From positions 1 to 64,000 of the forward strand of contig JAUCBJ010007128.1 in assembly GCA_032718475.1 (NCBI GenBank): 64,000 nucleotides of DNA, read 5' to 3'. Shown here in pieces: positions 25,423 through 36,083 of this stretch. Positions within the stretch are counted from its first letter, which is position 1. Each line of letters starts with the position of its first letter. Both the position numbers and the translations under genes were made by a program. Source of the stretch: Nemertoderma westbladi. Taxonomy: Eukaryota; Animalia; Xenacoelomorpha. The notes beneath the pieces are model-generated. The model saw nothing but the letters and a program-made list of their open reading frames with translations, was not told the origin of the DNA and did not search any database.

Positions 25423-27243
25423 CCGTCAAACAGGGTTACTTGGATAGGATTTGAGTATATTACGTACATTTTAGGGCTCTTAGAAAGGATGGACAAACTC
25501 AAAATTTCAAATATATACCAAATAGAATCTCGGCTTTCAGAATAATGTCTTTCCAAGGCTCAGTATTAAATAGAATTGCAGAAATTATCTGCCAAATGAA
25601 CCTATCCAAGTTACCCCCAATTCGGCTAACTTGGATTTTCCAGGTTCTTGCTATTTTAAATCATGTTTTACAGCACATAGAGTCCATTGATGAGTGTCAA
25701 TTTTATCCATGTTAGACTCCCCTTATGCGAATTATATATTCTTGATATTGCTACTAGGCTACAGTTAGATTGTTGTTTTGAAAAATTTAATTGTTTAATT
25801 TTATTAATATTAATACATGCATAATATCAATATTCTATCAATATTAACAATTAACCATTAACGCAGACTGTACCATTACAGTACAGTTTACTGGTGTCAC
25901 ACTCTGTTATCTACTGTAACATCCATCAATTACAGTTTTATTCAGGGAGAGATTCATCGCCGAATGTTGTCAGATTGAATCTAAAAGTATTCTTAGCCCG
26001 AGCAGTGCCCCCGTAATGCACTGGCATAGACTGTTTTCACCTAATCATATCATACCCATGCACCCCAAATCTTGGTGGATCCGTCAGTACAATGCTTACA
26101 GTGCTAGTCAGTTTAATGCTCGATTTAATCCGCTCGGTATACTCCACTTCAACTTTAAACTGGTCATTATAGACATTAATAACTTTACCGACAACGTTCG
26201 TTTTTAAATCGCGTCACTCGACCAGCTTTGTCCAGGTAATCTTTCACTAGAAGCTTTACATCAAATGCCGTTAGAGGAAATTTCCAATCAGTTAGACGGT
26301 TTATAGTTTTTATGAAACAATCTTCCTCGATTTCTGTAAGAACAAATGGTCTTCCTGGATTTGTTTCTGATTTCGAACCCCGTTTCACGGCACGATGTAG
26401 AGTTCCAAATGGGATACCAAACTCTTTATGCGCTTTATATATCGTTTTTCCCATTCTCACAGAACGCAGAGCTAAGACTAAAGCTGTATCGCTCCAATTA
26501 GTTTTATAGGGCCTTGACCCAGGCTTGCGGTTGTATTTACCTATCATGGAAGTTGTCAACTGTTAAAGTATTGGTATAGGCTAGGAATATATAGGTAATT
26601 GTAACCAGTTAAAGTTAGCTGACTATACAGATATGTAATGACTACATTTTTGTACTACAGTATGTAAATACCGGTATTATATCAGAGTGACTAAACCAAA
26701 ATCCAAGCCAGCCAGGTGGTACCGGTACCTACTGTATAATTGTAAATAAGCAAGCATAATAACCATCCGTATGGACTTGTCCTGGAAATGAGAACCCCAA
26801 ACTAGCAGGATACTACCAGTACCATTGTAATGTGAAAAAATTTTCAATAAAATTCACTAATTTTTTTTCGAAAAGTAAGACCCCACTTATTTTTTTTAAA
26901 TATTATTGAATTCAATTAAGGAACACATTAAAAGCTAATAAGATATTCACAATTTGAAAAGAAACCATAAAAGGTAGCCCAGAGGAGTTGCTAGGCCAGA
27001 TAATTAATATTTTGTCAAGCCCCGTATTTGGATGTTGAGGTGCACATTCAGACTTTTGTATATCAGCCAATTTGAATTTCCCTCTGCCTATATATCTTCT
27101 ACAGTCGCCTAGAAACATAAGGAAATTAATGAAACACTCCCTGGGAGAAACTGACCTATGATTGGTTAGAAATTCGACAACCAATGTGCGAGGGTGCTGT
27201 ATATCCAAGTTACCCCCAAAATCCAAGTAACCCCATTTGACGG
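25423..27243 (-). mobile_element. pogo-like (Tc1/mariner superfamily) transposon, internally deleted
   Basis: 23-bp TIRs CCGTCAAA(CA/TG)GGGTTACTTGGAT with TA on both sides; subterminal atccaagttacccccaa copies at ~25604 and ~27203. Confidence 0.9.
26185..26559 (-). pseudogene. HTH-psq/CENP-B-type N-terminus of the pogo transposase
   Basis: WSDTALVLALRSVRMG..IYKAHKEFGIPFGTL and GRPFVLTEIEE motifs; no DDE domain follows. Confidence 0.8.
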
Positions 27244-27340
27244 TACTAGCTATCTTAAAAATTACTAGCTACCTGAAACTATAACATTTATAACACTAAA
27301 TTTATTTTTTGAACATTTAATTGATTATTGATTCGAGTTT

Positions 27341-29021
27341 TTGTATTCAGTAGTAATTAGTTTACATTGCAATATGAAATATAAATACCGGCACGGGCGG
27401 AACACTAGCCCTATAAATTATTTTAGATTAATATTTTTGTTAGGTCGAGAATTCGATTACGATAAAGATCGAATTTGTAAAGTTCACTTCGAGCCGAAGG
27501 ATTTTATGATGAACAGAAATTGGCAGTTTCGAAGTTCCAATCACAAAAAGGAATCAATTCCATCAATATTTACATTGGTTGTGCCATTACCATCTCTACT
27601 ACGAAAGTCACCAACTAAACGAAAAGTTGATCCAACACTATACAACCTACTCGAAAATAGAAAATTAGTTGAAGAAAACAAATTGGAGTGGCAGTTGGGA
27701 AATATAAAGAAATGGATTGAAGACGAGGATGTTTTTAAGAATAGGGAGGTACATGCGTGTAAGTGTGATGTTGAAAGTGAAGATGGAATTATGATTTATG
27801 AAATTTCCCCCGAAAATCTAAAACTGAATTACTTCCTTAAGATCTCAACGACGTACTTTATTGTTTCTCAAAATACCTCTAAAATACCCCTCGTTAATTT
27901 TAGCTATTTACCACGTAACAAAAGTGGGTATAATAAAGTTCAGAAGAAAAGCGTTTTGCTTAGGCAAATGAATGAGGTCAAGTTTCATTCATTGCCTAAT
28001 TTTGACTCAGATTTCATGGAATTTCTAGACGAGTACCGCATCTTTAAAAGGTAGGAATATACCCCAAGAATATCTTTAGAAAGTGTCTTATTCTATGTTA
28101 TAAGAGCAGGAATGGATATAAAGAGCTCTTGAAGCTGGTGCCGAACCTACCCAGCATTTAATTCTTTGAAAAGTTGACAAGAGGTGATGTAAAAGTTTAT
28201 ACACTTCTAAAGAGCATTGGTATGGATCAGAATGTTGTAATATACGTGGATGAAATTTACTTTCAGAGAGAATCAATATTTAGTGCAGGAGGTATTATTG
28301 AATCACCAAAGACCCTGCTGGATATTATGGTAAGAGGTCTAAGTGGGGGAGATGGAATAATTGTCAAGTCAGTGCCATGTTACGAGACATTAACTGGAGA
28401 CATGTTGATAAAAGAATTCAAGGAAGTTGTGAAACATTTAAAAGAGGCCGAGTTTCAGCCACGAGTGTTTGTTACTGATGGCCTCTCAGTTAATGTCAAT
28501 GCTTACTCAAAGATTATATATGAACCAGAGCTTTGTGATATAATTCCGTTGTTTGATTATAATCACCTCATGAAGAATACACGAAATAACCTATTTAACA
28601 CCAGCATATTTTATCCTCCTGAATTTAAGTGGAGTTATTGAATAACGTATTTCAAATAGGAGCAAATGCTAAAGTGTCGATGTCTGATGTTCGTATGGTG
28701 TATCAGATGGATACAGAGAGAATTAATTGTGATTCTTCAGTCAATCTGCGAAAAGCCCACAAGCTGACATATACAACAATCAACGTTGGAAAGCGCAAGC
28801 AAAACACCCAGCTTATGCTCAACCTGTACCATGATAGTACTATCGATGCCCTCAGATGGTATTTGGGTGGTGGCACAGAGAACTTCCGTAATGACACAGC
28901 TGATTACTTCCGTGTTATTAGACTCTTCTGGGAGTTTATGAACTGTAAACATAATACGTCTAATCCTTACACAAGAACACTCAGTCGTTAGGACAGTGAC
29001 CGGCAAAGTTTCCTTCAAACC
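27341..29021 (+). pseudogene. THAP/P-element transposase, 5' part
   Basis: THAP-like RICKVHF...IPSIF; VDEIY, VTDG and FDYNHLMKNTRNN motifs; several frameshifts and stops. Confidence 0.85.
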
Positions 29022-29287
29022 TGTTAGAAGTTGAAGTGTATATATCGAATATCATTATAATATAATAGGCCTACTAGCCAAACATGACTGCAGATATATA
29101 AACCTAGCGCAGTACAGCAGTACTTCTGACAGTCATTGTAGATGCTCAGTACCGGTTGCCGGTAGCACAATGATAAACTATAATGTAATACAACTAGAGT
29201 ATTTAAATTTCCCGCCACACCCTTAAGATACTGATCATCGCATAATATATTGTCATACAGTTTAAAGGTAGGTTACAGTTTCTAACA
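29022..29287 (-). repeat. Copia 3' LTR
   Basis: TGTTAGAA...TTCTAACA; PPT AGTGGGAG adjacent at 29288-29295 on the minus strand. Confidence 0.95.
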
Positions 29288-29327
29288 CTCCCACTTGACA
29301 ATAATAATTATGCGACATTGAATTTAA

Positions 29328-32300
29328 TTACTCTAATGAAATAAGACCAATTTTTGAGCAATGATACTCAAATATCGCTTTCGTGAGTCCCTTTGTAAAC
29401 ATATCAGCAGTCATTTCCTTCGAGCTGCAGTATTTAACAGTAACAATATTGCGAGCAATTAGTTCTCGAATGAAATGAAACCTGACATCGATATGTTTAG
29501 TACGATTGTGGAAGACAGGGTTCTTCACTAGTGCAATAGCACTCTGGTTATCCTCATACATCATTACTGGTTCAACCTTTGACAATAATACGTTTGCTAT
29601 CAAGATGCGCAACCACTTTGCCTCTTGGGCAGCTGAACTTAATGCAACATATTCTGCTTCTGTTGAAGATATTGCCACAATGTCCTGTCTCTTGCTTCTC
29701 CAGCTAACAGCACAATCTCCTACAAAGAATATATATCCAGATGTAGATTTACGAGTTTCAGAACATCCTGCATGATTAGCATCTGAGTATCCACTTGCAG
29801 AAATCACTGAAGTTTCTTTAGCATTATATTTTAAACCTACATTCAATGTACCACGGATATAACGAAATACACGTTTTACCCCCTTCCAATGTGCCTCTGA
29901 TGGATCTGACATGTATTTACTTAAAATACCAATAGATGTAGCTAAATCTGGTCGAGTTCCAGTCATTGCATATGTGAGACTACCAATCGCTGTTTGATAA
30001 AGAGTTTTGTCAGCTGGTTTCTCATCATCAGTTCTCTTCTCGAATTTCACATTTGGATCAATTGGGGTAGCAACTGGTTTGCAGTTTAGCATACCAAATC
30101 TCTCAAGTACATTTTCTAAGTACTTTGATTGATTTATAGTCATTGTCCGATTCTTACGATCCCTAGTAATCACCATTCCAAGAATATATTCTAATTCTCC
30201 TTTATCAACCATTTCAAATCGACTAGATAATGTACATTTCTCTTGCATTAATATTTCATCATCATTTGATGCTATGAGAATATCATCTACATAGAGAACA
30301 ATGATTACTACAATATCATTGACATACTTGATATACATGCACGGATCAGCTTCATTTTGTTTGAATCCATTCGAAGTTAGATGCTTATCAATTAATTTAT
30401 TCCAGCATCTAGAAGATTGTTTTAAACCATAAATGGCCTTCTTTAGTTTGCAGACGAAATCAGGACGTTTGTCATCAACATAGCCCTCCGGTTGCTTCAT
30501 ATAGATTTCATTCTCAAGTTCCCCATTTAGAAAGGCTGTTTTAACATCCATTTGATGTATTGACCAATTCAGTTGATTTGCAATAGCTAATACTGTACGA
30601 ATAGCACTGTATTTAGCAACAGGTGCAAACACTTCATCATAGTCTATCCCATATTCTTGAGTAAAACCACGTGCCACTAGACGGGCTTTATAACGTTCAA
30701 TGGAACCATCAGGTTGATATTTATATTTGAGAATCCATTTGCAATCAACAATATTTGCATCTGCGGGTGCTTTTACCAAAGTCCACGTCTGATTCTTTAT
30801 TAGAGATTCATATTCAGTATCCATTGCCTCTCGCCAATAATCACCATCATTTCGTGACCATGCTTCTTTGAGTGTTTGAGGTTCAATACTCTCCTCCTCT
30901 ACAATCATGGCCTTCGGCCATTCAATTGTACCCAATCGGTCTGGTGGCTTACGTTGACGTGTTGGATAATGACGAACACTTTTTGATGTTGATGATGAAG
31001 TCATTTCACCTTCATTGATTGTTTCCACTACAGGTTCATCATCTAAATCAAACCCATGAAATACTTCACCATCAGATGAAGACACACTATCTCCTATAGT
31101 CTCAATCTCTATAGCCTCTTGATTATTTACAATGTTCGATGTGTGATCAACTATACTCTTCCTAGTCTGTTGAGCCTCTTTTACAACTAGCTCCCCTTGA
31201 TCAACATCGGAACTTTCCTTCATATATGGAGGTTTTAATATTGGATTTGTGACACGATTTGACATCTTTGGAAAACTATTTTCAAAGAACTGTACATCAC
31301 GACTCTCATAAATCGGCTTACTCTCTGGCTCATATAATCTATAACCCTTAGACTTTCCACTATATCCAATAAAGATGCACTTACGAGCCTTTGCATCGAG
31401 TTTCTTTCGTTTCTCTCGTGGTAGATGCATAAATGAATAACATCCAAAAATTCTCAAAGAACTTACATCTGGTTTATTGCCAAACCAAACTTCATAGGGA
31501 GTCGACCCTTGAACTGCATTTGTAGGACATCGGTTGCGAATATAAACAGCAGTGCTCACAGCTTCTGCCCAGAACTGTTTTGATAATCCTGCTGCATATA
31601 ACATTGACAATGCAAGTTCCATAATTGTGCGATTCATGCGCTCTGCAACTCCATTTTGTTGTGGATTATATGGAACAGTGAATTCATGCATAATTCCTTT
31701 AGATAAACAATACTCTTTTAATGAGGTTGAGTTATATTCGCCACCATTATCTGAACGTAATATCTTTACAGTTTGACCAATTTGGTTTTCAACTTTTGCT
31801 ACAAAATCCTTGAAGCATTGAAATAGTTCACTTTTATGCTTCAATATATAAACTGTTGTATATCGTGATTTATCATCAATGATAGTAGCAAAATATTTAG
31901 AACCACCAATTGATTCAGTGTCCATAGGGCCACATATATCTGAGTGAACAATATCAACTAGATCATCTGCCCTATGAGAAGAATGTGTAGGAAATGGGAC
32001 CTTGTGCGATTTCCCAAGTGCACAACCCTCACAATTCGTATTGAAGGTTTCTATATCACAATTAATTCCACTTACCATTTCATTATCCAATAATTTCTTT
32101 AAGCTATCAATTCCAACATGACCAAATCGTTCATGCCATATTTGACCAGGTAAAGAAGTAGCAACCAATGCAGAATTACCAGTATGTACTTCAAGTTTAT
32201 ACAAGTCACCATCCACTCTACCATTTGCAATTACTTGTTTTCCATAACCAATTTCACATTCTGACCTATAAAAATTTATATAAGCCCCTTTCTTTGTCAA

Positions 32301-33509
32301 TGCACGAACTGAAAGAAGATTCTTCCCTAGTTTTGGAACATACAAAACTTCAGAAATACAAAGTTTAGCTCCGCAAGTAGATTGAATATCAGAAATACAA
32401 AGTTTAGCTCCGCAAGTAGATTGAATATTAACAATTCCTTTACCTATAGCATTTACATAACGTTTATCACCAAGATAAACATATTTGCAATGGTCAAATT
32501 TTTCATAATTTATGAAACAATCTGACACAAATGTCATATGTTCGGTAGCTCCTGAATCTATATACCAATTATCACACCCAGTATTCGAATTGCTAATATG
32601 CAAAGCAAATGAACAGTTTTCAAGATAATCCAGCTCATTCAATTCTGATTCTGATTCACTACCTTTAACAAGAAGTCCCTCTGACTTCTTTCGAGTTGGA
32701 CACGCTGAAGCCCAATGTGAATTATCACTGCAAAGTTGACAACCTCTTTGAGTACATTTCCGAGCAAAATGTCCCCCAACACCACACTTGAAACATGGAG
32801 CCTTGCTGTTCCGGAATCCTGGTGAAGAAGTGAACTGCTGCGGCTTGCTACTCCCACTGTCTTGTTGTCCTTTCTTTGCATAACCCTTTTGTTTCACTGA
32901 TAAAAGGGCATTCTCTGTTTCACTATTGTGTGTGTGCCGTGCACTTTCATTAAACAGTAAACCCTTTATATTGTCCCATGACATTTCATTGACAGCAACA
33001 TCAATCGCTGACAGCATGGAATTATACGATGATGGAAGTGATCCTAAAACAGTAAGTGCGAATGCCTTGTCCGTAATATTCTCTTCTGGATCAAGTTCAT
33101 TAATCTTTGTGTAAAGATTCCTCATCTCCATAACATGTTTCTCAACGTTGCCACCATTTGGTAACTGTTTATTGAAAAATTCGGTTCGAAGTCTAACAAT
33201 CTTTAGCCATGATTTTCGATCAAACTGTTCCTCTAATGCATCCCAAGTTTCCTTTGCAGTCGTTGCATCCTTTATATAGCAACGCAATTCCGGATCAATA
33301 GCTAGTGCAATAGTTGTGCGTGCGCGAGTTTTCCTTCGCATAAACGCAGCTCTACCAGCTCCTTCCGGTGGAGTAGGATCTCCAATGACAAACTCCCACA
33401 AATCGTGATGTTCCAATGTAAGCTGCATTGTGTAACGCCATTCACGATAGTTTTCGGACCGCAGTTTCTCGATTTTCTCTATCTTTAAACCGCCAATATC
33501 ATCCGCCAT
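29328..33509 (-). CDS. Copia gag-pol polyprotein
   Basis: Two CCHC knuckles, WYIDSGAT, WHERFGH, VHSDICGP, LRSDNGGEY, YKARLVARGF, LYVDD, YSDA and KHIDVRFHF motifs; IN precedes RT. Confidence 0.97.
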   Translation of the reverse strand: MADDIGGLKIEKIEKLRSENYREWRYTMQLTLEHHDLWEFVIGDPTPPEGAGRAAFMRRKTRARTTIALAIDPELRCYIKDATTAKETWDALEEQFDRKSWLKIVRLRTEFFNKQLPNGGNVEKHVMEMRNLYTKINELDPEENITDKAFALTVLGSLPSSYNSMLSAIDVAVNEMSWDNIKGLLFNESARHTHNSETENALLSVKQKGYAKKGQQDSGSSKPQQFTSSPGFRNSKAPCFKCGVGGHFARKCTQRGCQLCSDNSHWASACPTRKKSEGLLVKGSESESELNELDYLENCSFALHISNSNTGCDNWYIDSGATEHMTFVSDCFINYEKFDHCKYVYLGDKRYVNAIGKGIVNIQSTCGAKLCISDIQSTCGAKLCISEVLYVPKLGKNLLSVRALTKKGAYINFYRSECEIGYGKQVIANGRVDGDLYKLEVHTGNSALVATSLPGQIWHERFGHVGIDSLKKLLDNEMVSGINCDIETFNTNCEGCALGKSHKVPFPTHSSHRADDLVDIVHSDICGPMDTESIGGSKYFATIIDDKSRYTTVYILKHKSELFQCFKDFVAKVENQIGQTVKILRSDNGGEYNSTSLKEYCLSKGIMHEFTVPYNPQQNGVAERMNRTIMELALSMLYAAGLSKQFWAEAVSTAVYIRNRCPTNAVQGSTPYEVWFGNKPDVSSLRIFGCYSFMHLPREKRKKLDAKARKCIFIGYSGKSKGYRLYEPESKPIYESRDVQFFENSFPKMSNRVTNPILKPPYMKESSDVDQGELVVKEAQQTRKSIVDHTSNIVNNQEAIEIETIGDSVSSSDGEVFHGFDLDDEPVVETINEGEMTSSSTSKSVRHYPTRQRKPPDRLGTIEWPKAMIVEEESIEPQTLKEAWSRNDGDYWREAMDTEYESLIKNQTWTLVKAPADANIVDCKWILKYKYQPDGSIERYKARLVARGFTQEYGIDYDEVFAPVAKYSAIRTVLAIANQLNWSIHQMDVKTAFLNGELENEIYMKQPEGYVDDKRPDFVCKLKKAIYGLKQSSRCWNKLIDKHLTSNGFKQNEADPCMYIKYVNDIVVIIVLYVDDILIASNDDEILMQEKCTLSSRFEMVDKGELEYILGMVITRDRKNRTMTINQSKYLENVLERFGMLNCKPVATPIDPNVKFEKRTDDEKPADKTLYQTAIGSLTYAMTGTRPDLATSIGILSKYMSDPSEAHWKGVKRVFRYIRGTLNVGLKYNAKETSVISASGYSDANHAGCSETRKSTSGYIFFVGDCAVSWRSKRQDIVAISSTEAEYVALSSAAQEAKWLRILIANVLLSKVEPVMMYEDNQSAIALVKNPVFHNRTKHIDVRFHFIRELIARNIVTVKYCSSKEMTADMFTKGLTKAIFEYHCSKIGLISLE

Positions 33510-33729
33510 TTCAGTAAACTATCTGTGTGCAATTAATTATATCAGCAACAAAGGAGTAAACAATATCGATTTGTTAAATTTCAGTCACTGATCCTTTCCC
33601 ACTACTGCTACCGCTACCGCTGTAACCACGATAATTAGCGATTTTAGTATTTGCAAAGTTTCCTTGCATACCGGTACTCATTACAATTCATTACAATTAA
33701 CAGTACCATAGCATCTGACTGCCTGTTAC

Positions 33730-33743
33730 CTGGGCCCATAACC
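33730..33743 (-). promoter_or_regulatory. Copia primer-binding site GGTTATGGGCCCAG (internal tRNA-iMet type)
   Basis: Directly follows the 5' LTR; same motif as the Drosophila copia PBS. Confidence 0.9.
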
Positions 33744-34009
33744 TGTTAGAAGTTGAAGTGTATATATCGAATATCATTATAATATAATAGGCCTACTAGC
33801 CAAACATGACTGCAGATATATAAACCTAGCGCAGTACAGCAGTACTTCTGACAGTCATTGTAGATGCTCAGTACCGGTTGCCGGTAGCACAATGATAAAC
33901 TATAATGTAATACAACTAGAGTATTTAAATTTCCCGCCACACCCTTAAGATACTGATCATCGCATAATATATTGTCATACAGTTTAAAGGTAGGTTACAG
34001 TTTCTAACA
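33744..34009 (-). repeat. Copia 5' LTR
   Basis: No differences from 29022-29287 seen by eye; both give the same 64-aa track ORF. Confidence 0.95.
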
Positions 34010-34014
34010 AAACC

Positions 34015-34879
34015 TTCCTTGACTGGCTGACAAGGTGGAAGTCTTCAAATAAAGCAGGGTTCACTTCGCAGACATTTTGAGCGCTCATACTAACAGTTGC
34101 TAACATAATTAAGGTCCTAGATTTGGTCTTCAACAAACTCGAATACCAATTATTTAACCTGGCTGTCCTTGGAGACGATGAAATTGAGTTACATTTGGGC
34201 AAATATCGCCAGATGTCGGGAGGTCGCTTCCTTGTAAGTCTGCGGGAAGCCACTAACTCAAACAAGATAATTCAAATCAAAACAGCTCTACAATCCATCC
34301 AAGATGTCATTGACTGCCTTGATAAAACTAATAGTGAAGATATACGACCAATAATTACGAAACTATCAGCAGATGATGATTTTGATATATTCGACGACGA
34401 ATCTCTATTGATTATTTCAGACGTGGCTGGATGGGCAGTTCTGTCAATTCCTAATTCAGATGCGTTGTGTTCATGTACCAGATGCGATCTACAATGATAA
34501 ATCCCAATCAAGTTCCACGAATATTCGCTACATTTCGTTTCGTGACAGAGGGGGATTGTGTTTTCCGAGTGATGGATTTGTACATCTTTGCTGCAATATA
34601 TTTCACATATTGAAAAAATCATATCCCTTGGTAAACAACAAGAACAAAGCGAGTCCAACATTACATAGACTACTAGTACAGCAAATAGATACCACTGAAG
34701 TTGTCTGCTCTGAACACAGTGAGAAATTCAAACCAAAATTACTACAAAAACTGGTAAACGTTTTCCTTAAGGCTGAGGCTAGTCACAGGAAAGAAATTAT
34801 TGATGAAGAGGAAATGTATAAAACGGGACTGAATGGATTTAAAGCGCCACAGTTGTACAAGAAAAGACGGATTCTTTAG
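34015..34879 (+). pseudogene. THAP/P-element transposase, 3' part
   Basis: Frame continues across the copia TSD (FLQT|FLDWLTRW..FTSQTF); DEIELHLGKYRQMSGG and DRGGLCFPS motifs. Confidence 0.85.
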
Positions 34880-34924
34880 TCAGACATTTATCAAAATAAC
34901 ATCCATCCCTTTCAACACTGCCTG

Positions 34925-35500
34925 GCACTGGCCTGTCGTCTCTACTACCACTGCCACCCTGGCTGTTGTTTCTACTATCACTGCCACCCTGGTAGTTGTT
35001 TCTACTACCACTGCCACCCTGGCTGTTCACTGTACTACCACTGCCACCCTGGCTGTCGTTTCCACTACCTACCACGTTGCCACCCTGGTAGTTGTTTCTA
35101 CTACCACTGCCACCATGGCTGTTGACTGTACTACCACTGCCACCCTGGCTGTAGTTTCCACTACCTACCACGTTGCCACCCTGGTAGTTGTTTCTACTAT
35201 CACTGCCACCCTGGCTGTTGACTGTACTACCACTGCCACCCTGGCTGTTGTTTCCACTATCTACCACGTTGCCACCCTGGTAGTTGTTTCTACTATCACT
35301 GCCACCCTGGTAGTTGTTTCTACTACAACTGCCACCCTGGCTGTTGACTCTACATCCATTGCCACCCTGGCTGTTGTTTCCACTACCTACCACGTTGCCA
35401 TCATGGCTGTTGTTTCTACTACCACTGCCACGTTGCCACCCTGGCTGTCATCTTTACTACCACTGCCACCCTGGCTGGTGATTCTACAACCACTGCCACC
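34925..35500. repeat. Minisatellite with 30- and 36-nt units (core tgccaccctgg)
   Basis: About 17 units such as ctactaccactgccaccctggctgttgttt, with a higher-order pattern. Confidence 0.92.
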
Positions 35501-35612
35501 TGGAGACTCTGCCAGCAATCAGAATAATAGGAGACTCGTATCTTGACAATCATCACTACTAGTGACAGCGGTACATCTTTGGAAATGGGGTGTCCAGTAC
35601 TTGGCAGTACTG

Positions 35613-35647
35613 CTGAAGAGGCCTAAAGTCGGCCGAAACGCCGTTTC
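35613..35647 (+). ncRNA. Minimal hammerhead-ribozyme-like motif
   Basis: CTGAAGA-GGCC-taaagtc-GGCC-GAAAC; stem I is not well formed. Confidence 0.5.
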
Positions 35648-36083
35648 TATTAATGGTTTATTATTATTATACTGCATAAAGCATCAATTACATAGCCTCC
35701 CTATACATACTGTATATATTACATTATATAAAGTAGGATATAATTAATTACTGTTTTCGACACATGTAGTGCCACAATCACTACAGTATACCACAATATT
35801 ATATTTAATTATAAATTGAATTGATATTAAATTGTATCAATAGGGGGGGAGAGAGTAATATATAAAACTAATAAAAGTGTCAAAAAGATTCTCACCAAGG
35901 ATATTGAGTGCACCCTGTAATTTCTCTTTTATTTCATCCATAAAGAATAGGACATATTAGAATTACCGGAACACACTAAACATAATTAAGTAATACTATA
36001 AAGCACAAATTTTATATATTGGTAAGTATATACGTAGATAAATAATTAATTAAATAATTCTAACACTTATAAATATAAGTAGA

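Larger units (their letters stand above)
29022..34009 (-). mobile_element. Ty1/copia LTR retrotransposon, apparently intact
   Basis: 266-bp TG...CA LTRs, 5-bp TSD AAACC (29017-29021 and 34010-34014), PBS, PPT and a single 1393-aa ORF. Confidence 0.97.

Noticed and set aside
29024-29218. Identical 64-aa ORFs here and at 33746-33940
   Set aside because: Incidental ORFs within the copia LTRs.
34833-35546. Mucin-like or antifreeze-like protein gene
   Set aside because: Open frames follow from repeat periodicity; no signal peptide or convincing start or splice context.
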